From Microcoleaceae cyanobacterium (GTDB taxonomy: Bacteria > Cyanobacteriota > Cyanobacteriia > Cyanobacteriales > Microcoleaceae), in NCBI GenBank assembly GCA_051652765.1, contig JBOFUV010000148.1, positions 32,001 to 96,000 of the forward strand: a DNA stretch of 64,000 nucleotides, given 5' to 3'. Positions 47,656-58,912 of the stretch are shown piece after piece; position 1 is the first letter of the stretch, and the number at the start of each line of letters is the position of its first letter. A program made the position numbers and the translations under genes. The notes under the pieces were generated by a model. That model made no database searches. It was not told the origin of the DNA and worked only from the letters and a program-made list of their open reading frames with translations.

Positions 47656-48126
47656 ATGTCCCGTCGTAAACTTGTCCAAAAGCGTCCTATTCCTCCAGAT
47701 CCCGTTTACAATAGCCGTCTTGTCAGCATGATGGTACGTCGTGTAATGCGGCACGGCAAACAATCCTTGGCTTATCGACTAATCTATGATTCCCTAAAGA
47801 TTATCGAAGAGCGCACAGGAGCAGAACCGCTAGAGCTGTTTGAAAAAGCAGTTCGAAACGTGACCCCTTTGGTAGAGGTCAAAGCTCGACGGGTTGGAGG
47901 AGCAACTTACCAGGTTCCGATGGAAGTCCGCTCAGAGCGAGGAACAACTCTAGCTTTGCGGTGGATCATTCGATATTCCCGCGAGCGTTCTGGTCGTTCC
48001 ATGTCAATGAAGCTAGCGAATGAGCTCATGGATGCAGCAAACGAAACTGGGAGTGCCGTGAGAAAGCGTGAAGAGACGCACAAGATGGCAGAAGCAAACA
48101 AAGCCTTTGCTCATTACCGATACTAA
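47656..48126 (+). CDS. rpsG: 30S ribosomal protein S7
   Basis: [22 protein letters not shown]. Confidence 0.99.
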   Translation: MSRRKLVQKRPIPPDPVYNSRLVSMMVRRVMRHGKQSLAYRLIYDSLKIIEERTGAEPLELFEKAVRNVTPLVEVKARRVGGATYQVPMEVRSERGTTLALRWIIRYSRERSGRSMSMKLANELMDAANETGSAVRKREETHKMAEANKAFAHYRY

Positions 48127-48253
48127 TTGAGTCGAGATGTTGGAGGCTCAAGTATCGATCCTACAATCTAAAGAAAAGATAGGAGTGATTTGTACAAGCA
48201 GATAAAGTACAAATAAGTCGAAAGTTTTAATAAAGGTTCAGAAGGAGGTAGCT

Positions 48254-50335
48254 GTGTCACGGACTATCCCGCTTGAAAGAGTAAGAAATATCGGTATTGC
48301 AGCCCATATTGATGCAGGTAAGACCACGACTACAGAACGCATCCTGTTTTATTCTGGTGTCGTTCATAAGATGGGTGAAGTTCATGATGGAACGGCTGTA
48401 ACAGATTGGATGGATCAAGAGCGGGAGCGTGGGATTACGATTACTGCTGCTGCAATCACGACGAGTTGGCGGGATCATAAAGTTAATATTATCGATACTC
48501 CAGGTCACGTAGACTTCACGATTGAAGTTGAGCGCTCCATGCGCGTTCTTGACGGGGTGATTGCAGTATTCTGCTCAGTTGGGGGAGTTCAGCCCCAGTC
48601 TGAGACGGTTTGGAGACAGGCAGATCGGTATAGCGTTCCCCGTATCGCCTTCGTAAACAAGATGGATCGTACCGGGGCAGATTTTTTTAAAGTCTACAGA
48701 CAAGTGTGCGATCGCCTGAGAGCCAATGCAGTTCCAATTCAGATTCCGATTGGGAGTGAAAGCAACTTCCGAGGGCTGGTGGATTTGGTCGCGATGAAAG
48801 CCTACCTCTACACCAATGATTTAGGGACAGACATTCAAGTCACTGATGAAATTCCAGATGAAGTCAAGGATGTGGTGGAAGAGTACCGGATCAAACTAAT
48901 TGAGTCTGTTGCTGAGACAAATGATGTTTTGATGGAAAAGTACTTAGAAGGACAAGAGTTCACCCAGGAAGAGGTGCAAAATCAAGTTCGTCAAGCCACG
49001 GTTGAAGGCAAGATGGTTCCCATGTTGTGTGGGTCTGCGTTTAAAAACCGGGGAGTTCAACGGCTGTTAGATGCCGTGGTGGACTACCTTCCTGCCCCAA
49101 CTGAGGTTCCTGCTATCAAGGGGAAACTGCTGGATGGGTCTGAAGCGGAGCGTCCCTCTAGTGATGAGGCTCCCCTTGCTGCCCTAGCCTTTAAAATCAT
49201 GGCTGATCCGTTTGGTCGCCTGACTTTTGTCCGGGTCTATTCAGGGGTTCTGCAAAAAGGTAGTTATGTTCTGAATTCGACCAAGGACAAAAAAGAACGG
49301 CTCTCGCGCTTGATCGTGCTGAAAGCTGACGATCGGATTGAAGTGGATGAGCTTCGAGCTGGAGACTTAGGAGCCGCCTTGGGTCTGAAGGACACTTTGA
49401 CTGGGGACACCTTATGCGACGAAGCTGCTCCCATTATTTTGGAGTCTCTATTTGTTCCAGAGCCGGTAATTTCTGTGGCAGTTGAGCCGAAAACTAAGCA
49501 AGATATGGAGAAGCTTTCTAAAGCTCTTCAGTCTCTTTCCGAGGAAGATCCAACGTTCCGAGTTGCGGTTGATCCAGAGACCAATCAAACCGTGATTGCT
49601 GGGATGGGAGAGCTCCACCTGGAAATTTTAGTGGATCGGATGTTGCGAGAGTTCAAGGTAGAAGCAAACGTGGGGGCTCCCCAAGTTGCCTATCGAGAGA
49701 CGATTCGTAAGTCTGTTAAGGCAGAAGGGAGATTTATTCGTCAAAGTGGAGGCAAAGGTCAATATGGTCACGTTGTGATTCAACTCGAACCGGGCGAACC
49801 GGGCTGTGGCTTTGAGTTTGTCTCTAAAGTTGTCGGGGGTGTTATTCCTAAGGAATATATTAATCCTGCATCTGAAGGCATGAAGGAAGCTTGCGAGTCT
49901 GGTGTTTTAGCGGGTTATCCTTTAATTGATGTTAAGGCCACTTTGATTGATGGTTCCTATCATGATGTGGATTCCTCTGAAATGGCCTTCAAGATTGCAG
50001 GCTCTATAGCCATTAAGGAGGGAGTTCATAAAGCTTCTCCTGTGCTACTAGAACCTGTGATGAAGGTCGAAGTTGAGGTTCCCGAGGACTTCATTGGGAA
50101 CATTATCGGTGATCTTAACTCCCGTCGAGGTCAAATTGAAGGTCAAGAGACTGATCAATCTCAAGGCATCTCCAAAGTCACTGCTAAGGTTCCCCTAGCA
50201 GAAATGTTTGGATATGCTACAGATATTCGGTCTAAGACCCAAGGCCGAGGCATCTTTACAATGGAGTTTAGCAACTATGAAGAGGTTCCTCGAAGTGTTG
50301 CTGAAACTATCATTGCGAAGAATAGAGGTGGATAA
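48254..50335 (+). CDS. fusA: Elongation factor G
   Basis: [18 protein letters not shown]. Confidence 0.99.
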   Translation: MSRTIPLERVRNIGIAAHIDAGKTTTTERILFYSGVVHKMGEVHDGTAVTDWMDQERERGITITAAAITTSWRDHKVNIIDTPGHVDFTIEVERSMRVLDGVIAVFCSVGGVQPQSETVWRQADRYSVPRIAFVNKMDRTGADFFKVYRQVCDRLRANAVPIQIPIGSESNFRGLVDLVAMKAYLYTNDLGTDIQVTDEIPDEVKDVVEEYRIKLIESVAETNDVLMEKYLEGQEFTQEEVQNQVRQATVEGKMVPMLCGSAFKNRGVQRLLDAVVDYLPAPTEVPAIKGKLLDGSEAERPSSDEAPLAALAFKIMADPFGRLTFVRVYSGVLQKGSYVLNSTKDKKERLSRLIVLKADDRIEVDELRAGDLGAALGLKDTLTGDTLCDEAAPIILESLFVPEPVISVAVEPKTKQDMEKLSKALQSLSEEDPTFRVAVDPETNQTVIAGMGELHLEILVDRMLREFKVEANVGAPQVAYRETIRKSVKAEGRFIRQSGGKGQYGHVVIQLEPGEPGCGFEFVSKVVGGVIPKEYINPASEGMKEACESGVLAGYPLIDVKATLIDGSYHDVDSSEMAFKIAGSIAIKEGVHKASPVLLEPVMKVEVEVPEDFIGNIIGDLNSRRGQIEGQETDQSQGISKVTAKVPLAEMFGYATDIRSKTQGRGIFTMEFSNYEEVPRSVAETIIAKNRGG

Positions 50336-50481
50336 GAAGATGAACTGTGGCGGTCTAGAAAGCAAAACTCAGCATAAAATACAAGTTGATCTGAGTAGCT
50401 TTTTGGCCTCTAGAGTTCAGCTCAGGATTCTTAATCCTCTACTGTGATCGTTTATATTCATTATCTTGAGTCAAGTAGGAT

Positions 50482-51711
50482 ATGGCACGCGCAAAATTTG
50501 AAAGAAACAAACCCCACGTTAACATCGGCACCATTGGTCACGTTGACCATGGTAAAACCACTTTGACTGCTGCAATTACGATGACTTTGTCGGCACTGGG
50601 TCAGGCAAAGGCTCGTAAGTATGAAGATATTGATGCAGCTCCAGAGGAAAAAGCACGGGGAATTACAATTAACACCGCTCACGTAGAATACGAAACTCAA
50701 GAGCGCCACTATGCCCACGTGGACTGTCCCGGACATGCTGACTATGTAAAGAACATGATCACAGGGGCTGCTCAGATGGACGGTGCGATTCTTGTTGTTT
50801 CTGCGGCAGATGGGCCCATGCCTCAAACCCGTGAGCACATTCTGTTGGCCAAGCAGGTTGGGGTTCCCAACATCGTCGTTTTCTTGAACAAACAAGACAT
50901 GGTAGACGATGAAGAGTTGCTAGAGCTGGTTGAACTAGAAGTGCGGGAACTGTTGGATTCCTACGATTTCCCTGGTGATGACATTCCCATTGTTTCAGGT
51001 TCTGCCCTCCAAGCCCTTGAAGCCATGGTGGCAAATCCCAAGACTAAGCGGGGTGAGAACGAGTGGGTCGATAAGATCTATATGCTGATGGATGAGGTAG
51101 ATGCCTACATTCCAACCCCAGAGCGGGCAATCGACAGACCCTTCCTGATGGCCGTTGAAGATGTGTTCTCCATTACCGGTCGGGGAACAGTTGCAACTGG
51201 CCGGATTGAGCGCGGAAAGGTCAAAGTTGGTGAAACTATTGAGTTGGTGGGGATCAGAGATACCCGCAGCACAACGGTCACTGGCGTTGAAATGTTCCAG
51301 AAGATTCTGGATGAAGGCATGGCAGGAGATAACGTAGGTCTCCTCCTGCGGGGACTTCAGAAAGCTGATATCCAGCGAGGCATGGTGATTGCCAAGCCTG
51401 GATCAATTACACCTCACACTCAATTTGAGTCTGAGGTGTATATCCTGAAAAAAGAAGAAGGCGGTCGTCATACTCCGTTCTTTTCTGGCTATCGTCCTCA
51501 GTTTTACGTGCGAACCACTGACGTTACCGGGACAATCAAGGCATTCACTGCTGACGATGGTACCGAAGCTGAAATGGTTATGCCAGGTGACCGGATCAAA
51601 ATGACCGTTGAATTAATTAACCCCATTGCGATTGAGCAGGGAATGCGCTTTGCGATTCGTGAAGGGGGTCGTACGGTTGGTGCAGGGGTCGTTTCTAAGA
51701 TATTGAAGTAG
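50482..51711 (+). CDS. tuf: Elongation factor Tu
   Basis: [17 protein letters not shown]. Confidence 0.99.
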   Translation: MARAKFERNKPHVNIGTIGHVDHGKTTLTAAITMTLSALGQAKARKYEDIDAAPEEKARGITINTAHVEYETQERHYAHVDCPGHADYVKNMITGAAQMDGAILVVSAADGPMPQTREHILLAKQVGVPNIVVFLNKQDMVDDEELLELVELEVRELLDSYDFPGDDIPIVSGSALQALEAMVANPKTKRGENEWVDKIYMLMDEVDAYIPTPERAIDRPFLMAVEDVFSITGRGTVATGRIERGKVKVGETIELVGIRDTRSTTVTGVEMFQKILDEGMAGDNVGLLLRGLQKADIQRGMVIAKPGSITPHTQFESEVYILKKEEGGRHTPFFSGYRPQFYVRTTDVTGTIKAFTADDGTEAEMVMPGDRIKMTVELINPIAIEQGMRFAIREGGRTVGAGVVSKILK

Positions 51712-51744
51712 GGTATCCGAATCCCTCACTGATTTTCTTTTGGC

Positions 51745-51784
51745 TTAAGGAAGCAGGAAGTATTATTTGCTTCTGCTTCCTTAA
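51745..51784 (+). terminator. Hairpin after tuf
   Basis: TTAAGGAAGCAG...CTGCTTCCTTAA. Confidence 0.6.
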
Positions 51785-51928
51785 AATTTTCCATCACATC
51801 AAGGCCAATAGTAGGTTCCTAGAAGATTGTGCACTCGTAATTTGATTCATAATCTTTGGGTCAACTCTCTATTGAGAACTACTGAACCTTGAAAACTTAG
51901 CAAGTCACTCATACAGGACATCAAATCT

Positions 51929-52246
51929 ATGGCAACTATTCAACAGCAAAAGATTCGAATTCGTTTAAAAGCCTTTGACCGCCGCTTACTGGATACCTCT
52001 TGCGAAAAGATTGTTGATACGGCCAATCGGACTGGAGCCACTGCAATTGGCCCAATTCCCCTACCCACCAAACGTCGAATTTATTGTGTCTTGCGATCGC
52101 CCCACGTAGATAAAGACTCACGGGAGCACTTTGAAACCCGAACCCATCGTCGCATTATCGATATTTATCAGCCGTCCTCAAAAACAATTGATGCCCTGAT
52201 GAAGTTGGATTTGCCTGCTGGGGTAGATATTGAGGTCAAGCTCTAA
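51929..52246 (+). CDS. rpsJ: 30S ribosomal protein S10
   Basis: [24 protein letters not shown]. Confidence 0.99.
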   Translation: MATIQQQKIRIRLKAFDRRLLDTSCEKIVDTANRTGATAIGPIPLPTKRRIYCVLRSPHVDKDSREHFETRTHRRIIDIYQPSSKTIDALMKLDLPAGVDIEVKL

Positions 52247-52329
52247 AGTTAAACGTCAGACCTAGAGACCTGGGGAATCTCAGAGAAATCCGCTAAAGTA
52301 AGAGGGAAAGTTTGTATGTTACCAGTACA

Positions 52330-53010
52330 ATGACCTCATCTTCAATGGCTGTTCGGGAACTTCCTCTATTTCCTTTATCTGAAGTGGTTTTATTTCCATC
52401 AACTCCGTTACCGCTTCATATCTTCGAGTTCCGGTATCGGATGATGATGAGTACCGTGTTGGAGAGTGATTCTCGGTTTGGAGTTTTGATGGTTGATCCG
52501 GCTCAAGGGAAGGTTGCTTCGGTCGGCTGCTGTGCTGAAATCGTCAAATATCGACGGTTAGAGGATGATCGGATGAATGTTTTGACAATGGGGCAGCAGC
52601 GATTCCGTGTTTTGGAAGCCGTTCGAGAAAAGCCTTATCTAGTAGGGCTGGTGGAGTGGATTGAAGATGAGGCTCCTGTAAAGGACTTGAAGCCTCTGGC
52701 GAGCAAGGTTGAGGAACTTCTCCGCGATGTAATTCGCCTGTCGAGTAAGCTTATGGATCAACCGATTGAACTGCCAGAGAATGTTCCAAATTTACCGACG
52801 GAGTTGTCTTACTGGGTCGCGAGTAATCTTTATGGGGTTGCAGTCGAACAGCAAGCGCTTTTAGAGATTCAAGACACTGCGATGAGGTTAGAACGAGAAG
52901 CAGAAATTCTAACCTCCACTCGCAGTAATTTGGCTGCTCGAACCATGCTGAAGGAGACTCTAAACTTAGAAACTCCGGATCTAGACGATGGGGATGGGCC
53001 AAGTCGTTAG
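52330..53010 (+). CDS. LON peptidase substrate-binding domain protein
   Basis: LPLFPL..VVLFP...LPLHIFEFRY. Confidence 0.92.
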   Translation: MTSSSMAVRELPLFPLSEVVLFPSTPLPLHIFEFRYRMMMSTVLESDSRFGVLMVDPAQGKVASVGCCAEIVKYRRLEDDRMNVLTMGQQRFRVLEAVREKPYLVGLVEWIEDEAPVKDLKPLASKVEELLRDVIRLSSKLMDQPIELPENVPNLPTELSYWVASNLYGVAVEQQALLEIQDTAMRLEREAEILTSTRSNLAARTMLKETLNLETPDLDDGDGPSR

Positions 53011-53020
53011 GTTGATGGGT

Positions 53021-53099
53021 TTAGGATGTGTAAGGCTTAGGGTTTGTGAAACTTAGGGTTTGTGAAACTTAGGATGTGTAAGGCTTAGGGTTTGTAAAA
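53021..53099. repeat. Short tandem repeats (~15-16 bp) at a convergent gene junction
   Basis: Mixed TTAGGATGTGTAAGGC and TTAGGGTTTGTGAAAC units; the last copy is the 3' end of the 53085 gene. Confidence 0.75.
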
Positions 53100-54455
53100 C
53101 CCATACCAATTTCGAACACTAATCCAGGTTCCCGAGATTAATCCGGCTAAGCTCAAGGTTAGGCCACTGTAGGGCACCAGTAATCCAAAAATTGGCAGGG
53201 TCATACCAGCCACGGTACAAGTTAAAGCTGCAATGCGGGTTTTACGGTTGGAGCCCAACCCCCAAGCCAGCCCCAGAATTAGAGGGGTGATTAAGCCCCA
53301 TGCCAACTTAGCCTCTAGAAGACGACTGGCATAGGTCAGGCTGAGTATCCCGGCGAAAAAGATCCCGGCGGCGATCGCCACGTCGCTGAGTCTAATCGGG
53401 ATAGATAGGTAAAGTAACACAATCCACCACAGAAACACCGCCGGAGCCAATAACAGTAAGCGGGGCAGAACTCCTGTGTTGCTGATCGGTTCTGTCGCAG
53501 TAAACACTCCTAGGGGGTTCTGTACTGAGACATTCCCTGCAAAGATCCAGGTCAGTTCTCTTTGTTGGCTGCCTTCTCGAGTGACGGTTGGAATGGCTCC
53601 GGCAAAGTCTGCTTGAGGAAAGTTTGCTAAGGCCGTCAAACGAAAGTTTGACAACAATTGGCCATTAGGCTGATACACCCACCGGGGTGCACCTTGGGCT
53701 TGATAGGTCAGTCGAAAACGGGTTGTTGCCCCAGGGGCCAAGCGAAAGGGAAACCCATAATCTCCAGGGTTGACCTGGGCTAAGACAGTGTCATCCTGTT
53801 CAACACGAAAGTCTTGCAATACGGTGTAGCCATAGGGAGGGGAAATTTCAAAAAAGAAATCCTCCTGATTTTTCAAAGGATTTGTCACCTGATAGTCCCC
53901 TTCAAAGACAACGCCGTAAATTAATTTACGAGTTGCCGGATCGGTGGTCTGATCGATTTTGACCTGAACTTGAGAGCTAGCAACCGTCAAAAATCGATCC
54001 ACTTTTTGCATCCCTTTTTCTTCAACTTGGCGGCCTTCGACCCAGCGATATTGAGTGTAGGGTTCTTCAACAACATATCGAACTCTTGGTGCTCCTTGCT
54101 CAAGCCGTTCACCTGCAACTGTTGTAGCAACTTGAGTAACCTGTGCTTGTTCCCAATGGTGATACCGATTGGCTAAGGTTGAACACAGAAAAAATCCGCC
54201 AGTTAAAATCACAATTAACAACACAACATGAGGCAACTTTTGCATCCAGACAATGTAATCTTCTAGCCCGTGTTTCAGCAGGGGAATAGGGGGTTCCTCC
54301 TGACGTTTATTTGACCAGTTAATTAAGGCAAGTACAACACCAAAAGCGATCGCGAATATCCCCAATTTAAAGGAAAACTGAATGATTTGAGACCCAAATT
54401 CAACCAATTCGTTAGGGTGGGTCAGATCCGGAATATTAGGAATGCCAGTATACAT
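53085..54455 (-). CDS. Membrane protein, possibly CreD-like
   Basis: Two N-terminal TMs, a large soluble domain, and about five C-terminal TMs. Confidence 0.65.
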   Translation of the reverse strand: MYTGIPNIPDLTHPNELVEFGSQIIQFSFKLGIFAIAFGVVLALINWSNKRQEEPPIPLLKHGLEDYIVWMQKLPHVVLLIVILTGGFFLCSTLANRYHHWEQAQVTQVATTVAGERLEQGAPRVRYVVEEPYTQYRWVEGRQVEEKGMQKVDRFLTVASSQVQVKIDQTTDPATRKLIYGVVFEGDYQVTNPLKNQEDFFFEISPPYGYTVLQDFRVEQDDTVLAQVNPGDYGFPFRLAPGATTRFRLTYQAQGAPRWVYQPNGQLLSNFRLTALANFPQADFAGAIPTVTREGSQQRELTWIFAGNVSVQNPLGVFTATEPISNTGVLPRLLLLAPAVFLWWIVLLYLSIPIRLSDVAIAAGIFFAGILSLTYASRLLEAKLAWGLITPLILGLAWGLGSNRKTRIAALTCTVAGMTLPIFGLLVPYSGLTLSLAGLISGTWISVRNWYGFYKP

Positions 54456-54812
54456 TTGAGGTTAAGCCATGAAGATCAAAGCAAGCGTGAACTGATGTAG
54501 ATTTACAGCATGAGTTGGGTTTCTTCCGCATAAAGTTCTACAAAGCAGTCCCCTAAAGATTGCTTCACTCCATTCCCCAGAGATTTCTGAATAGATCCCA
54601 ATCTGATCTGAGGCGTGAACCTTGAATTCTGAGAGGTTGATTCTTTTTCGGAGGAGAAGTAGATCAAGAGCAGATGCGAATCACAAAGGATTTAGGACAG
54701 CTATCGTGCCTTCGTTGATGACTCACGTTAAAATGAGTGAATATTATTAGAGCCGTTCCGTCAGACTGCTGAGTCTGCTGTTCGTGAGACATTGCCCATG
54801 CAAGGAGTGACA

Positions 54813-57221
54813 ATGAAGCGTTGGAATCCCATACTGGTTGGACTAACTTCAAGTACTAGCATTGTCCTTTGGGCCTTGATATTTGGAGCGGGAGTTTCCC
54901 AAGGTCAATCTCCTCAACCCAAGCCCGCGAACTCTGTCCCAAGTCCAAGCGCCTCACTGTTACAAGAACAACAAAAGCTAGAACGACTGCAACAGCAGCA
55001 ACAGATTCAAGATCAGGTGCAGGTAGAAGCCAATCGGATCTTCAGTCGTACCATGACCCTGTTCAATGTGCTGTTGGGATTGTTAGGTCTGTTGTTAATT
55101 TCTGCCCTGGTAGCGCTTTGGATCTTGCGGCGTTCGGTGATCCATGAAGTCACAGAAATTGTTGAAAGTCATCTGAATGAACTGGGTGATTTGGAGAATC
55201 GGATTGCGATCGCCAACCGCAAGCTCCAAGAGGTTCTGCAAGAAACAGATGATGCGGCTGACGACCTGGATGCCCGATTTGAAGAGTTTCAGCAGCACTA
55301 TCAGCAGGAACGCGGCAAAATGATGGAGGTTCGCACAGAGCTTTCCCACTCCAAAGAGGCAGCGATCGCTGATCTGCAACGTCAGATTCAACAGTTTCAA
55401 CAGGAGCGCCAGCGGGTTCAGGAGGAGATGATGACTCAGCTTGCAGCCGCGCAAGATCGCACTCAGGTCAAGCAACGGGAAGTTCTGCAAGTCCTAGAGC
55501 GTTCTCAAACGGACTATCTGGCTCAATTTGCCCAGGTTCAGGCAGAGATTAACCGCCAGAAAGACTCGACCCTTCAGCAATTTAAACACTCTGAAATCGA
55601 GCTTTCAACCCAGCTTACGGAGTTAAAAACAAAAGCTCAACAGCAGCGGGACACGATCTTAAAAAATATAGACCAGTTAGGGAATGAGCTGACTGAAAAG
55701 CTTTCTACCGTTCAAACCGAAGTGAACCAGCAAAAATCTGGGGTTTTAGATCACGTTAAGCAACTGGGAACAGAGTTCACCACCCAGCTTGCAGACTTGC
55801 AACAGGACGCGCGGAAACAACGAGATTTAATTCTCGGCAATCTGGGGCAGATGGAAACCGACTTCACGCCTCAACTTTTAGCATTGCAAACCAAAGCGGA
55901 ACAGCAAGCCCAACAACAAATGCAGCGGTGGCTGGAGCAACTCGAGAACCTCGGCGAAGTTTTAGCGAACCAACTGTCAGACGCTCAGGGAAAAATTCAA
56001 GACCGGATCAAGCAACAGTTCCAAAGCCTAAAACAGCTTGAAGCAGAAATTGTGAACGAACTTGCTCAATCTAAGTCCAATTCCCAACAGCAGCGAGATG
56101 AACAATTGCAAATCCTGAAGCAACTTGCAGCCGAAGTGACATCCCAAGCTTCTGAAACCAAAACCCAGATTCAAACCGAACAACAGCAAGTGCTGCAAAC
56201 TCTACAACAGTCTGGCAAAGAGGTAGAAGCCCAGCTTACCGGATTTAAATCGGATCTGCGGAGCCGCAAAGATGCAGCTTTTCAAAAGCTAGATAAGTTT
56301 GAGGAAACGTTGACAGAGCAGTTAACAGAAATTAAAGTCGATGCGAAGGCTGAAAATGACAAAACCCGCGAACAATTATTGAACTTGAACACCGCTGCTC
56401 AAACTGAAAAAGAGCAAATCCTCAAGCGACTCTCTGAAGTTTCCCCCGCCTTCATTGCTGAATCGGCGATCGCAGAAATTTCAGGGAAGATTCAGGGGCT
56501 GACTGAACAACTGGATCGGCTGAAATCCAACCAACCAGATCTCTTTTTGTCTTCAGAAGACTTGATTCACCAAGGGAGTGAACTTCTGACCGCAGGACGA
56601 TTCGAAGAAGCCCTTGCGATTTGTATCAAAGCCACTCAACTGCAGCCCAATAATCCGAAAGCTTGGTTGAATCGGGGCATGGCCCTACGGCGACTGAAGC
56701 GCCCTGAAGATGCGATCGCCGCCTATGAAAAAGCCCTAGAGCTAAAGCCAGATTATCATCAAGCCTGGGTTGATCGGGGTGTGGCCCTGGGAGTTTTACA
56801 GCAACACGAGGCCGCCTTCAAGTCCTTTGATCATGCGATTCGATTGCAGCCTCAAGATGCCGTTGCTTGGCTGAACCGGGGCATGGCCCTACAAGTGTTA
56901 GAACAAAATGAAGCAGCCCTAGAGTCCTTTGAGAAATCCGTTGAGTGCGACCCAAACTCGGCCAAGGCTTGGAACTACAAAGGTTATACCTTGATGCAGT
57001 TGAATCAACATCCAGGGGCAACCCAAGCCTTTGACCAAGCGTTAAAACTTCAGCCCAACTATGCTGATGCCTTGTACAACAAAGCCAGTTGTCATGCCCT
57101 CCAGGGAGAGGCAGATCACGCCTTGAAAAATCTAGAACAGGCGATCGCCCTAAATCCTCGATATCGCCAAGAGGCCAGAACAGACAAGGACTTAGAAGCG
57201 ATTGTTAGACAGTTATCCTAA
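54813..57221 (+). CDS. Membrane-anchored coiled-coil protein with C-terminal TPR repeats
   Basis: Signal/TM segments, a long Gln-rich coiled coil, and about six TPRs (AW.NRG.AL..L....A...Y..A). Confidence 0.85.
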   Translation: MKRWNPILVGLTSSTSIVLWALIFGAGVSQGQSPQPKPANSVPSPSASLLQEQQKLERLQQQQQIQDQVQVEANRIFSRTMTLFNVLLGLLGLLLISALVALWILRRSVIHEVTEIVESHLNELGDLENRIAIANRKLQEVLQETDDAADDLDARFEEFQQHYQQERGKMMEVRTELSHSKEAAIADLQRQIQQFQQERQRVQEEMMTQLAAAQDRTQVKQREVLQVLERSQTDYLAQFAQVQAEINRQKDSTLQQFKHSEIELSTQLTELKTKAQQQRDTILKNIDQLGNELTEKLSTVQTEVNQQKSGVLDHVKQLGTEFTTQLADLQQDARKQRDLILGNLGQMETDFTPQLLALQTKAEQQAQQQMQRWLEQLENLGEVLANQLSDAQGKIQDRIKQQFQSLKQLEAEIVNELAQSKSNSQQQRDEQLQILKQLAAEVTSQASETKTQIQTEQQQVLQTLQQSGKEVEAQLTGFKSDLRSRKDAAFQKLDKFEETLTEQLTEIKVDAKAENDKTREQLLNLNTAAQTEKEQILKRLSEVSPAFIAESAIAEISGKIQGLTEQLDRLKSNQPDLFLSSEDLIHQGSELLTAGRFEEALAICIKATQLQPNNPKAWLNRGMALRRLKRPEDAIAAYEKALELKPDYHQAWVDRGVALGVLQQHEAAFKSFDHAIRLQPQDAVAWLNRGMALQVLEQNEAALESFEKSVECDPNSAKAWNYKGYTLMQLNQHPGATQAFDQALKLQPNYADALYNKASCHALQGEADHALKNLEQAIALNPRYRQEARTDKDLEAIVRQLS

Positions 57222-58046
57222 ATCTCCTGAGTCTAAGGGCACAACCCAAAAATCGCTGATATTTTGTCCATGAAGCGTTATAGGCAAATCTTCCACCTTA
57301 CACCACCCATAAGTCTGACTTGAACGGACATGAATAATTCGAATAAATTGTTGTGTTGGCAGATGCTGAATAGCAAGTTCAGCAGACAGCAAGCAAATTG
57401 ATTTCCCTGATGATTGATTCATGGTAGAGCTTTTCTAGTCGATGAATTCTGTAATAGCTTAGTCTAGGTTGATTCGAAAAAGTTGGGGGTTTTATGAAAA
57501 TTTATTTCAAATAAATTAATTTTTTAAAAAGGTATAAGACTTGATACCAAATTTATTTGGGTTGCCCTAAAAATTAACTTCGATCGAGTCAGATGGGCAA
57601 TATCCCTCGGCAACCTTTATGGTTTAGAGTACTAAATGTTCGGTATGGATGGCTAGGATTAAAACCAGAGTGTATTTGTAATATAAAGAAAATAAAAAGA
57701 ACTTATCAACATTCCTTTTTACACATATTACTTTGCCAAGAGACTTAATCAGTGAAGACATCCCCGCTCACTTTATAACTGATCAATAGTTAACTTGAGT
57801 TAGAAGAATAAAAACTTCATGCAGGATAGTAAGAATTTAAATCATTTCTCTAGGAAAGAAGTATCAGGATACTCTCTTTATCTCCTGCAATTCAAACCCC
57901 TAAACCCCTCGAATTCGTGATAATTCTTAACAAAATTTCTCAGCAGATCAGTCTAACCTTAAAAATTAGGCGCACACTTAGCTTTCTTTAAATCTGCTAA
58001 ATGTGCATCTGATTGTTGGATTGAACTTTGAGATCAAGAATTTAGT

Positions 58047-58766
58047 ATGAGCGTTAACTTAGCAACTCAACTACGGGAAGGGACAAAAAAATCCCATACA
58101 ATGGCGGAGAATGTTGGCTTCATCAAGTGCTTCTTGAGAGGAACTGTGGAGAAGACTTCCTACCGGAAGCTAGCTGGAAATCTCTATTTTGTCTACTCAG
58201 CCATGGAAGAGGAAATGGAACGCCATCGCAACCATCCTCTACTCTCCCAACTCTATTTCCCAGAACTCAATCGGAAACAGAGTCTAGAACAGGATTTGTA
58301 CTACTATTATGGGGCAAACTGGCAGGAGACAGTTGCTCCTTCCGAAACTGCCCAAGCCTATGTCAAGCGGATTCGGGAAATTTCAGAAACCCAACCAGAA
58401 TTGTTGATCTCTCATCTCTATACACGCTATTTGGGGGATCTTTCTGGCGGGCAAATTCTCAAGGGAATTGCTCAACGGGGAATGAACTTAACCAATGGGG
58501 AAGGGACTCATTTTTATGAGTTTCCCGAAATCCCTGACGAAAAAGAATTTAAGGCAAAATATCGGCAAGCCATGGACAACTTGCCTGTTGATCAAACAAC
58601 AGCAGACCAAATCGTCGATGAGGCAAACGCAGCTTTCAAAATGAACATGAATATGTTTATGGACTTAGAAGGCAACTTGATTAAAGCGATTGGTCAAATG
58701 CTATTTAATAGCTTGACTCGTCGTCGCAGTTCGGGTTCCACTGAATTGACTCCTGCGGCGGAATAA
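58047..58766 (+). CDS. ho1: Heme oxygenase (biliverdin-producing)
   Basis: LREGTKKSHTMAEN, YTRYLGDLSGGQ. Confidence 0.93.
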   Translation: MSVNLATQLREGTKKSHTMAENVGFIKCFLRGTVEKTSYRKLAGNLYFVYSAMEEEMERHRNHPLLSQLYFPELNRKQSLEQDLYYYYGANWQETVAPSETAQAYVKRIREISETQPELLISHLYTRYLGDLSGGQILKGIAQRGMNLTNGEGTHFYEFPEIPDEKEFKAKYRQAMDNLPVDQTTADQIVDEANAAFKMNMNMFMDLEGNLIKAIGQMLFNSLTRRRSSGSTELTPAAE

Positions 58767-58912
58767 AGAGGAAATATTGCGGCGAAACTCAAGATAAAGC
58801 TCCACCAGGGTTTAAGGATTAAATCCTGGAAGCTCAATAGCTACACAAGGAATTACTGAGCCTTCAGGATTAATTGTTTTTTGTCAGTTGTTTCTGCATA
58901 TAAATTTCTATG

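Noticed and set aside
53021..53099. CRISPR array
   Set aside because: Units are 15-16 bp and directly adjacent, with no unique spacers and no cas genes in the window.
57222..58046. Long AT-rich region upstream of ho1 as foreign DNA or an sRNA
   Set aside because: No credible ORF, repeat or structure; consistent with an ordinary promoter region.
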